From Daejeonella sp. (GTDB taxonomy: Bacteria > Bacteroidota > Bacteroidia > Sphingobacteriales > Sphingobacteriaceae), in contig NZ_JBBJNI010000003.1 of the NCBI RefSeq assembly GCF_037719425.1, positions 563-64,562 of the forward strand: a stretch of DNA of 64,000 nucleotides, in the 5' to 3' direction. Below are positions 9,473-17,882 of the stretch, in pieces. A model generated the notes under the pieces. The model worked only from the letters and a program-made list of their open reading frames with translations, did no database searches and had not been told where the DNA came from. The translations under genes were made by a program, and so were the position numbers. Numbering within the stretch: the stretch's first letter is position 1; every line of letters begins with the position of its first letter.

Positions 9473-10027
9473 TTAAAAGAAAAAATTAAACCCATCCCTT
9501 AAACTTAATCGGATGACCTTCAACCCTTTGGTAAGATGTCCCTCAACAGTCTTTTTCGATATCCCCAATAGCATTGAAATTTCGGAGATAGACAAACCAG
9601 AATTCCGGCTATAGTTAAACACAAGCCGGCAGTTTTCAGGGAGATGTTCTACAATCTTATTAATATATTCCTGGGTGAACCTGGCCTCTATCTGATCTTC
9701 ACTAATTGTTGATAACTCTTTTTTACAATTCCGGGACTCGATCTCCTGCCTTCTTTTCTGCCTGTAAATAAGTTTGAATACAGAGAACCTTACTGCGGTG
9801 GCCAGATAGTTGTTTAAAGAATCTATATTAAGTTCTGCGCGCCTGACCCAAAGCTGGGTGAATATTTCCTGAACGATATCCTGGGCGATAGATTTGTCTT
9901 TACTAAAATTATAAGCAATTGCCAGAAGCCGTTTCCAGTACCTGTTATAAATTTCAGTAAACGCTTCTTGTTCGGCTGCTTTCAGATATTCAAGCAATTC
10001 TTTATCCGATGAAGACTTATATTTCAA
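9473..10027 (-). CDS. ECF RNA polymerase sigma-70 factor (PUL-associated)
   Basis: AFTEIYNRYW, DIVQEIFTQLW (region 2); LPENCRLVF and EISMLLGISKKTVEGHL (region 4); TTG start. Confidence 0.92.
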   Translation of the reverse strand: MKYKSSSDKELLEYLKAAEQEAFTEIYNRYWKRLLAIAYNFSKDKSIAQDIVQEIFTQLWVRRAELNIDSLNNYLATAVRFSVFKLIYRQKRRQEIESRNCKKELSTISEDQIEARFTQEYINKIVEHLPENCRLVFNYSRNSGLSISEISMLLGISKKTVEGHLTKGLKVIRLSLRDGFNFFF

Positions 10028-10289
10028 GATATTGTCAGTTAAGCTAGATCAATATAAGAATATTTCAGCAACTCACTAACATAGTTATCTCAAAAAATTC
10101 AAGTTGTTTTCAAAAAGAAATTAACGATTACCAGGAATATATCTCATAAGGATTGAGACACAGATGCCCCACCTGCCGATTTTGGTTTCCGGGCAATCAC
10201 TTAAAAATTTCACAGGGATATCTGTCAAGAAGACGTATTCCAGTTATCTCGGGTGCTTCGTGGTATTGGTAAACTGGGATAATTGATAC

Positions 10290-10558
10290 ATGTAAAAGTC
10301 CAAGAATTAATCCTATATCAATAGCTATTAACCCCCATGTATTCAACCAGTCTACCGTATTAAGTACCATTGAATGGGATATAATCCAATGAGAAAATCC
10401 CGAAAGGATCCATTGAGATTCCTGTAGAAATCCAGAGGACGATCAGTTGGGCTTTAATAACTTTGAGAAACCTTCATACATTAATGTCATCCAATCAATA
10501 ATCTCAGTGCAACTAAAACAAATTTTTGTATTGGTGTATAGATTATATCTTTTTTCAT
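10290..10558 (-). pseudogene. DoxX-family membrane protein pseudogene
   Basis: Not in ORF track. Reconstructed from ATG 10558: MKKDIIYTPIQKFVLVALRLLIG*H[frameshift]MYEGFSKLLKPN*SSSGFLQESQWILSGFSHWII...VDWLNTWGLIAIDIGLILGLL. This matches the DoxX LRxxIGWHxxYEGxxK...WS pattern, with two TGA stops at Trp positions and a 1-nt deletion near 10482-10484. 3' end uncertain. Confidence 0.75.
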
Positions 10559-10699
10559 CTGTTCGGAATAATTATTTTCGTATAAATTAAAGCTGCCTTC
10601 CAGCGCAAAGCATTCCTATGCATACGAATTTTCAAATGCAATCAGGATACAGGAAGAATCTATGGGCTAATTAAACTTTCACTCCCGAGCTCTCTGGCA

Positions 10700-11749
10700 T
10701 TATTTAGTTCGCGAAAAAGCTGTAAACTCAGCATTTACCTGATCGTCTGTTAAATTGCTGCCAGAATTAATAAGTACTTTGTACCTGAAAACCACTGATT
10801 GACCTGCCGCAAGTTTGTAATCTAACACATCCTTTCCTTTACTAAATTCTTTCTGACCAAGAGGATTGGCTGCAAATAGTCCGTATCCACGAGCATGCCA
10901 GTAGGTAGGGTACCCTACATTCTTGGAATTATCAAGAATTACCAATGAAACAGGCTCATTTCCAATTTTTCCATTCAGGTTCATCCATTTCCCTCTGGTT
11001 CCCCAAACATTGTCTCCTTCCCTGCCTTCACTACTGCTGTATTTGCCGGTAACCGCTTCATTATTCATTTTTGCGACATCCGTAGCTTTACCACTGGCAT
11101 CAGTAAACTTTTCAGGCTTATCGGAAGGATGTTCTAATTCCCTTGTTAAGCGAATACCCAGTAAGCCTTCTTTATTATCCTTGAAAGAGACTTCTTCTTT
11201 AAGAGCCGTTAGCTTGGTGATCAATTCAATATCACGTCTCTCCCCTTTTCCACTAAATATGTATTTAGTTTCCTCCCTTAATAAATTGGAACCATCGGGT
11301 TTTTGCCAATACATTGTGACGTCTAATTCCGCCCGATCGCTATAAGTTTTCATTTTATCGACACTGAAATGCTTAATTGCACCATATCCGCTTTTCCTTT
11401 CTGCTGGTATAACGTTTGAGTTATTCCAGAAGTCAAGACCGTTGACATTGCCGTAGTTAAACCACATTCCAACATGATGAGGGTGGTCAACACGTTCTCC
11501 CGAACGAGGTGCCAAAGGCCAGCCCCTTGTAATAAAGGTGCCTTGAGCGGTACGTAAAGGATATAAAACCGGCTTCATTAAGTTCTCAGGATAGATATAC
11601 GAAGTAAAAGGCTTACCATCTATAGTTATATCTATTCTTTTTCCAGCCTTGTTTTCTGATATAGCAAAACGTTTATCTTCACTCCCGGCCAAAAGTCCTA
11701 TCACCCCTACCAGCAATAAGGGACATAATTTTTTAAAAATCCTATTCAT
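10700..11749 (-). CDS. DUF6807 / 'PmoA-like' family exported protein
   Basis: KPVLYPL, TRGWP, DHPHHVGMWF, DFW, KEGLLGIR, WHARGYGLFAANP; signal peptide. Confidence 0.8.
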   Translation of the reverse strand: MNRIFKKLCPLLLVGVIGLLAGSEDKRFAISENKAGKRIDITIDGKPFTSYIYPENLMKPVLYPLRTAQGTFITRGWPLAPRSGERVDHPHHVGMWFNYGNVNGLDFWNNSNVIPAERKSGYGAIKHFSVDKMKTYSDRAELDVTMYWQKPDGSNLLREETKYIFSGKGERRDIELITKLTALKEEVSFKDNKEGLLGIRLTRELEHPSDKPEKFTDASGKATDVAKMNNEAVTGKYSSSEGREGDNVWGTRGKWMNLNGKIGNEPVSLVILDNSKNVGYPTYWHARGYGLFAANPLGQKEFSKGKDVLDYKLAAGQSVVFRYKVLINSGSNLTDDQVNAEFTAFSRTK

Positions 11750-11846
11750 TACGATTATTTAATACCGATAAAATTATCACCCAGATTTACAGCAAACAAA
11801 ATTGAATTGCAGAATTAGTGTCTTTCCGCGCTTGATACTATATGCC

Positions 11847-12911
11847 TTAATATTTCGCGGCAAAATCAGCTGCATAAGCATTTATCCTGTCATCGGTTAA
11901 ATGGACTCCGGAACTAACAATGATTCTGTATCTTAAGGTTAAAGATTTACCGGAAAGAATATTGTAATTTAATTCTTCTTTCCCTTTAGTAAAGTCCTTA
12001 AGGCCAAAAGGGTTGGCTGCAAACAGACCGTAGCCCCGCGAATGCCAGTATGTTGGGTAACTCAGGTTCTTCGGATGGTCACAAATCACCAATGAGATAT
12101 TCTCCTTACCAATATTTCCGTATAAATCCATCCATTTCGCACGAGTACCCCAGATAGCATCACCTGTAATTCCTTCGCTGCTTCTGAAGTTCCCTGTCAC
12201 TCCTTCATTCGACATTGCTTTGACGGTAGTGGGATTTCCCTGAGCATCGGAAAAAATAACGTTATCCTTTGAAGGTAATTCAAGCTGACGTGCAACACGA
12301 ATACCAAAGCTACCCTCTTTGGTATCTTTAAATATTACCGATTCTCCCGTGGCTGTTAATGTGGCGATTCGATCGATAATACGTACTGAATCGTTGGCTA
12401 TAAAGTGAAACTCGGTCTTCTCCGACAAAAGTTCTTTTCCTGCAGGATCGACCCAACTTGCGGTTGTAACCATGGATCCATCACCTTTTCCTCCTGATAA
12501 TTTACTGATACCGACATGTTTTATTTGTCCCCCATTAACGTTTCGTTTCCCTTCATGACCGTTTCCCCAGAAATCATATCCATTTACATTTCCGTAATTA
12601 AACCAATTACCTACCTGATGTATATGATCACGCCGCTCACCAGCTCTGGTTTTGATTGGAAAACCGCGTGTAATGTGGTTGCCGGCAGCAGTAAGTATAG
12701 GATAAAGTATCGGTTTATAAACAGAATCGGGCCACCAGTAGGAGGTGAAGAGTTTTCCATCAATCATCACATCTACCCTTTTCTCAGACTGATGGTCATT
12801 AAATTCAATAGTTGAACTTTGGCCTTTGTGACTTTGTTTTTGGACTTTAGAACTACAGGCTAGCCCAAAAATGACGGTTAAGAACATTATTGAAATTGAT
12901 TGTATCTTCAT
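11847..12911 (-). CDS. DUF6807 / 'PmoA-like' family lipoprotein, tandem paralogue
   Basis: Lipobox GLAC; KPILYPI, TRGFP, DHIHQVGNWF, WHSRGYGLFAANP; collinear with 10700-11749. Confidence 0.8.
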   Translation of the reverse strand: MKIQSISIMFLTVIFGLACSSKVQKQSHKGQSSTIEFNDHQSEKRVDVMIDGKLFTSYWWPDSVYKPILYPILTAAGNHITRGFPIKTRAGERRDHIHQVGNWFNYGNVNGYDFWGNGHEGKRNVNGGQIKHVGISKLSGGKGDGSMVTTASWVDPAGKELLSEKTEFHFIANDSVRIIDRIATLTATGESVIFKDTKEGSFGIRVARQLELPSKDNVIFSDAQGNPTTVKAMSNEGVTGNFRSSEGITGDAIWGTRAKWMDLYGNIGKENISLVICDHPKNLSYPTYWHSRGYGLFAANPFGLKDFTKGKEELNYNILSGKSLTLRYRIIVSSGVHLTDDRINAYAADFAAKY

Positions 12912-12959
12912 GATTTTTAAATTGTAAAAGATTTTTAAGTAATTGAAAGGCTTTAAGGC

Positions 12960-14330
12960 TTAAACTTTAAGTGGAACAACGTACGATTTACGATATGCAC
13001 GGGTGAGCATAGTATCTGCCTCAGGGTCTTTAGAAAACTTTTCATTATCGCCCTTAAACCTCAGTTCGCGCCCAAGGCGGTAGGAAATATTTGCTATTAA
13101 GGGGAGTGCTGATGAATAAAAGCCTTCGTTAATGTCACAATTCAAAGTTGCATCTTTGCCGGAGCGTATTGCATCGATGAAATTGGCATAGTGCCCTGTA
13201 CCACCGGCGGCAAACCTGAAAGTGGGATCAGCAACTTCTTGTTGCTCTGCTTTTGAACGCGCGAAAGGTTCTGTTTCCCGCTTCCGGAAAGCTTTCCAAC
13301 TTCCCCCGTTGAGTTCCAGGTATCCTTCGGTACCATAAAAGATGTTTCCTACACGGATATCGTGGCTTGACTCTCCGTTGGAGTACCGGCCACGGGTTTC
13401 AAACTCCAGCATTTTACCGTCGCTGTATTTAAATACTGATAATTGTGTATTTGGAGTCTCCTGGGAACACTCCTGAGGACTAAACCCATAGATTCCCCCG
13501 GAAGAATAAACAGATACAGGGTGTTCATTTTTATTCAGTCCCCAACGGGCGATATCGAACTGATGCGGGCCTTGGTTTCCGGTATCTCCATTTCCTGTAT
13601 CCCAATGCCAGTGCCAATTGTAATGTACCCGTTTTTCGTTATACTGACGATACGGAGCAGGTCCTAGCCAACGGTCATAATGGAGTGTTGCAGGCGGTTC
13701 AGTATCTTTGGCAATTCCAAATGAATCCCTTGGTTTGATACAAAGGCCCCTAGCCATATAAACATCACCTATACCTCCTTCATGGAGAAATTTCATAGCC
13801 TCCATCACGTTAGGGATCGAACGGTTTTGGAAGCCAACCTGAACACGAACATTGTTCTTACGGGCAGCCTCAATCATTTTACGACCTTCAAACATATTAT
13901 GACAAGCAGGCTTTTCAACGTAAACGTGCTTACCTGCCTGGGCAGCCCAGATCGTTCCCAAGGCATGCCAATGGTTTGGTGTGGCAAATGAGACTGCATC
14001 GATCTCTTTATCGTCAAATACCTTACGCATATCCCACTCTGTTACCGGCTTTACACCCGATTTATCAAGCACTGATTTAGAACCTTCTGCCCAAAATTTT
14101 TCATCAACATCACACAGCGTCTTTATCCTGAGATTAAAGTTGTCTTTCATGCTGCTAAAATTGCTGATATGGGAAGCCCCCCTACCGCTAATACCAATCA
14201 CCGCTAAATTTAGACGTTCATTGGCACCTAATATTGATGCATAGGATTTCGCACTGAAACCCATACCACCTATAGCTATCCCGGCACTTCCTATAAGGCT
14301 TTTCTTTATAAAATCTCTTCTTTTTGTCAT
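12960..14330 (-). CDS. Tat-exported Gfo/Idh/MocA NAD-dependent oxidoreductase
   Basis: TKRRDFIKK Tat signal; GISGRG, ATPNHWH, GKHVYVEKP, QVGFQNRS, WLGPAP, YNWHWHWD, NQGPHQFD. Confidence 0.92.
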   Translation of the reverse strand: MTKRRDFIKKSLIGSAGIAIGGMGFSAKSYASILGANERLNLAVIGISGRGASHISNFSSMKDNFNLRIKTLCDVDEKFWAEGSKSVLDKSGVKPVTEWDMRKVFDDKEIDAVSFATPNHWHALGTIWAAQAGKHVYVEKPACHNMFEGRKMIEAARKNNVRVQVGFQNRSIPNVMEAMKFLHEGGIGDVYMARGLCIKPRDSFGIAKDTEPPATLHYDRWLGPAPYRQYNEKRVHYNWHWHWDTGNGDTGNQGPHQFDIARWGLNKNEHPVSVYSSGGIYGFSPQECSQETPNTQLSVFKYSDGKMLEFETRGRYSNGESSHDIRVGNIFYGTEGYLELNGGSWKAFRKRETEPFARSKAEQQEVADPTFRFAAGGTGHYANFIDAIRSGKDATLNCDINEGFYSSALPLIANISYRLGRELRFKGDNEKFSKDPEADTMLTRAYRKSYVVPLKV

Positions 14331-14556
14331 TTTATTATCATTACAGATTGATTAAATTATTAATTACTTATGAACAAGCTAAGATTACTCCTTGGCTATT
14401 GCGGTTATCAATTCATTAAAAACAGCTTATTGTTCTTTCATTGCGGTTATTTTATCGACAGGTGCTGAACTGGCTTCGAGAAGTATCCACGCGTTATATA
14501 AAAACTAAAATACTAATAAAACGTGTCCATCGTAAGAAACATGAACAATAAAAGAG

Positions 14557-14570
14557 CGAGAACGTTGCCA
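14557..14570. promoter_or_regulatory. LacI-type operator, single copy (CGAGAACGTTGCCA)
   Basis: Matches the recurrent motif and has the same AAAAGAG flank as the sites at 16792 and 38683; upstream of the Gfo-DUF6807 unit. Confidence 0.7.
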
Positions 14571-14591
14571 TAAACAAGACTATTCAGTCCT

Positions 14592-16682
14592 TCAGGTATT
14601 AGCTAATGCATTCCAAGGATCTATTTGTCTTATTTTTTTGGAAGAAAGTGCAGCGTAACAATCCGGCAGATCAAATCGCCGTATTACATCCGGCAAGAAC
14701 GTTGCAAGCGGCCAGTTATATTCTTCGCTTTCAGCAATATCACTATAGCTGGTCAAAGCATTTTTTAAAGTTATTTGTTTGACTGCGGGAGATAGTAAAG
14801 CAGCAAAGGTAGCCGGAAATGCTCCCCACCCTTTTGCTACCAGGTGTACTTCATCGTGCCCCGTGGATTTTAACCAGCTAAGAATACTTAAGACATCGTA
14901 AGTTTTTTGACCAACGTAAGGTTTATCAAGCATAAGGCTATGTATAGCGTAGAAATAATCATTTCCATATGGCATATTAAAACTGTCGCCACAGGTATTA
15001 GGCTTTGACTCTCCTACACCCCTTACATCCATGGCAAAAATGGCGGCATCAGTTTCCTTCTGAAGGATTTCCTTCACCAGGGGCTCATCTCTTAATTCCG
15101 CATCAGCCGAAAGATGGGACACATAAAGCACTGCCCTCTTAAACCCTTTTGAGGGTCGTGAATAAAGAGGTTCATCATTCAACCTGTAAACTATAGTAGA
15201 AATAGTGGGTTCAGTTTCAACAGCATAAGTAGTTGCAGTCTTTTTTGGATAAGCTCTTTCAAAGCTTTTAAGTATTATACGATAATCGGAGATACTGTTT
15301 ATGTCCTGTAATTTTAAAACATCAATAACAGCATTTTTCAATTCTTCAACATTAAGTTTTTTACGTTTCGACTTTTGTGTTCGGGCAAGCTGACTTGATA
15401 TTGAAAAAACTGTATTGACATTTCCTGCACCAACCTGTCCCTTTAGAGTACACCAAAGAGTTTCATCTTTTTCCATAGTTAAAGCAGGTTCTATCTGGCT
15501 ATTTCCCATGCCAGTTACTTTATTAAAAAAGCCATACATTGCCTCACGGTTTGGCTGAAAATAGCCATGAGAATCTGGCCCAACAAAGAGCTGAATATTT
15601 TGCTCTGCCCCCAATAACTTGTATAATTTTTTCAATCGTTCATAAGATTCCTCTGCACCGCGGACATCAAAAAAGTCTTTTTCCTGACTAAGAAGAATTA
15701 CAGGTTTGGGTGCCATAGCGGCAATAAAGTCAGAATGGTCTAAGCCATAACCAAGTACTTTAGGGGGACATTGTTCTGTATCTGCAGGATTTTCATTTTC
15801 CAAATTACGTCTGAACGTGATTACAAAGCAGCCAGGTGCCGCCATTGTAACACGGTCATCAACACCGCATAGCCACGTTGTTTGGGTACCCCCTCCTGAA
15901 TTGCCTGTTACACCAATATGGTTCGGATCAACTTCTTTGCGTGTAAGCAGGTAATCAATCGCCCGAATACCATCCCAGGTAAACCAGGAAGCTAAATTTT
16001 CCCCTGTCAGAAAAAGTTGATTGCCGGAATAAATATGTTCCGTTACACCCGGTTTATACCTGGATGTCAATTCTTTGGACAGGTATTGAATCCGCTCTCC
16101 CTGTCCCATCGGATCAAATATCAATACGATGTATCCCTGACGGGCAAGACCTTGAGCAAAAGACTGATATGGCAGGGTGCCTTTGCCAAGGTCTCCATGC
16201 CCACAAGTACCTACAACAGCGGGCAAGGGGAATTTTCGTCCTTTGGGAATGTAAAGGTTTGCTGTTACGGGAAAGCCTGGCCGACTTTCGAAAATTACTT
16301 TCTCAATATTATAAGTATCCCGCTCAACAGTTCCGGTGACTTTGGCGTTCAGAGGCGTCTTCTCTGGCCATGGACCAAAAGCATCGCTGATCTTCCTTCT
16401 CACATCACGCACATAGGCTTCAGCATCAGCTTTGTTTTTTAGAGAAGCACGGCGCTTTTCTCCACCTTGTTCTATTTTTTTTACATTATCAACAAAATAA
16501 TCGTGTACCATTCTGGGGAAGCGGTTGAATGTTACCAGCTCAGCAGGAAGTGCGGCTTTGGCAGGTAATTGAACCGCAGGTGTTGCAGCGTTAACGGTAG
16601 TAATGTTACCGATACCATTACTTAAGATTCCCAAGCCAGTCAAACTAGTAAATTTCAGAAAGTCTCTGCGTTTATTTTTCAT
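14592..16682 (-). CDS. Tat-exported alpha/beta-hydrolase (acetyl xylan esterase-like, two domains)
   Basis: KRRDFLK Tat signal from ATG 16682 (ORF track starts at 16745); GTCGH, DPMGQGER, nucleophile motif GNSGGG, DFFD, HGY; degenerate second hydrolase domain. Confidence 0.82.
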   Translation of the reverse strand: MKNKRRDFLKFTSLTGLGILSNGIGNITTVNAATPAVQLPAKAALPAELVTFNRFPRMVHDYFVDNVKKIEQGGEKRRASLKNKADAEAYVRDVRRKISDAFGPWPEKTPLNAKVTGTVERDTYNIEKVIFESRPGFPVTANLYIPKGRKFPLPAVVGTCGHGDLGKGTLPYQSFAQGLARQGYIVLIFDPMGQGERIQYLSKELTSRYKPGVTEHIYSGNQLFLTGENLASWFTWDGIRAIDYLLTRKEVDPNHIGVTGNSGGGTQTTWLCGVDDRVTMAAPGCFVITFRRNLENENPADTEQCPPKVLGYGLDHSDFIAAMAPKPVILLSQEKDFFDVRGAEESYERLKKLYKLLGAEQNIQLFVGPDSHGYFQPNREAMYGFFNKVTGMGNSQIEPALTMEKDETLWCTLKGQVGAGNVNTVFSISSQLARTQKSKRKKLNVEELKNAVIDVLKLQDINSISDYRIILKSFERAYPKKTATTYAVETEPTISTIVYRLNDEPLYSRPSKGFKRAVLYVSHLSADAELRDEPLVKEILQKETDAAIFAMDVRGVGESKPNTCGDSFNMPYGNDYFYAIHSLMLDKPYVGQKTYDVLSILSWLKSTGHDEVHLVAKGWGAFPATFAALLSPAVKQITLKNALTSYSDIAESEEYNWPLATFLPDVIRRFDLPDCYAALSSKKIRQIDPWNALANT

Positions 16683-16791
16683 GTTGAAATACTTTAATGT
16701 TATTGAAGTGGATCTCTTATTCAAATGCACTTTTGACTTAACCAAATTACTAATTAAATCATGCTCTAATAATAAGCTTGGAGTAAAAGAG

Positions 16792-16817
16792 CGAGAACGT
16801 TATCGGTAATGTTAGCA
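16792..16817. promoter_or_regulatory. Tandem LacI-type operator (CGAGAACGTTATCG plus degenerate CGGTAATGTTAGCA)
   Basis: AAAAGAGCGAGAACGTTATCG (16785-16805) is identical over 21 bp to 38676-38696; the second site overlaps by CG. Confidence 0.78.
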
Positions 16818-16911
16818 GTATCGCAAATCAAAGCCAATCCAGCGCGAAACAAGCTTTTGAATGTAAACTTAAATTGGATCGTGCGAGTTTGCAGCGGTTA
16901 ATTTGCAGTGG

Positions 16912-16919
16912 CAAAAGTA
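16912..16919 (-). promoter_or_regulatory. Candidate -7 promoter element TACTTTTG
   Basis: Reverse complement of CAAAAGTA matches TAnnTTTG, ~95 bp upstream of the operator; -33 element not evident. Confidence 0.4.
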
Positions 16920-17074
16920 TCCAACTTATGACTCAATGGCCTTCACAAATCACATAAAAGCCGAAAAAAGTCAAATGAAATTAGGAAGAAGCTGTAGCTC
17001 ATGAACAAGCGCTCAAAATACCGATTTCGCAAAGATCATACAGGGACAATATGTGAATCTAATCGCGCACAAAA

Positions 17075-17854
17075 TTATTTCAGATACTTACCAACTGGCA
17101 AGCCTAATTCCTGAAAACTCTGTGTAGCTAACTGGGCTATTTTGGTAGCTCCAAAAATACTGAAATGGGTATCGTCCTTTTTACCTTCAGGAAGTTTTTT
17201 AAATAGTCCGGGTTCTATCCATAAATAAAGTTTTTTGGATTCTTCAGGGCCGAGCTTTTGAACCAGTTCTGCAGATTTTTTATTTAAGTCGACTAAAGGA
17301 ATTTGCATTTCTCTAGCCAGATCGCGTATTACAGTTACGTATTCTCCATGTGTATCTACCAAGCTTCCGTTGCTGTCAAAATTTCTCCTTACAACAGAGG
17401 TAAATAAGACCGGGAAAGCTCCTTTGGTTTTTGCTTCATTAACATAATTGATAATATTCTGGCGAAAACTTGTACGTGGCTCCGTATAGCGCAGCGAGTC
17501 AATTTTTGCATCATTATGGCCAAATTGAATGAACACATAATCTCCGGGCTTTATTTTTTCTATCACTTTCTTCCAAAAGCCTTGCGTTCTGAAGCTTTTA
17601 GAGCTTCTCCCGCTTGCTGCAGAGTTATGAATTGTAACATGATCATTAAAAAACTGTGGCATCATCATCATCCAGCCTCGCAGCGGGTAGTTATCGCCCT
17701 CAAACTCCGTCGACAACCTTTCAATATTATAATCTGCCATGGTAGAATCGCCAATTGAAAAAATTGTTATTTTTTCTTTATCCAGCTTAAAAGACGCAAA
17801 TACTATGAAAGATAAAAGAAAGAACAGCCTTATGTTAAATGAATAATTTATCAT
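17075..17854 (-). CDS. Rhamnogalacturonan acetylesterase-like SGNH hydrolase (CE12)
   Basis: IGDST, GW, SGRSSKSF, QFGHND, DDTH catalytic blocks; signal peptide. Confidence 0.9.
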   Translation of the reverse strand: MINYSFNIRLFFLLSFIVFASFKLDKEKITIFSIGDSTMADYNIERLSTEFEGDNYPLRGWMMMMPQFFNDHVTIHNSAASGRSSKSFRTQGFWKKVIEKIKPGDYVFIQFGHNDAKIDSLRYTEPRTSFRQNIINYVNEAKTKGAFPVLFTSVVRRNFDSNGSLVDTHGEYVTVIRDLAREMQIPLVDLNKKSAELVQKLGPEESKKLYLWIEPGLFKKLPEGKKDDTHFSIFGATKIAQLATQSFQELGLPVGKYLK

Positions 17855-17882
17855 ATTATTTAAGTTTATTTATAAATGGTAA

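Noticed and set aside
10384-10489. TGA read as Trp (alternative genetic code) in the DoxX frame
   Set aside because: TGA is a normal stop elsewhere (e.g. lacI at 40106), other genes use TGG for Trp, and the frame also has a frameshift.
10700-12911. Methane monooxygenase PmoA
   Set aside because: These are exported soluble or lipoprotein members of a misleadingly named family; they lack multiple TM helices and there is no pmoB/pmoC.
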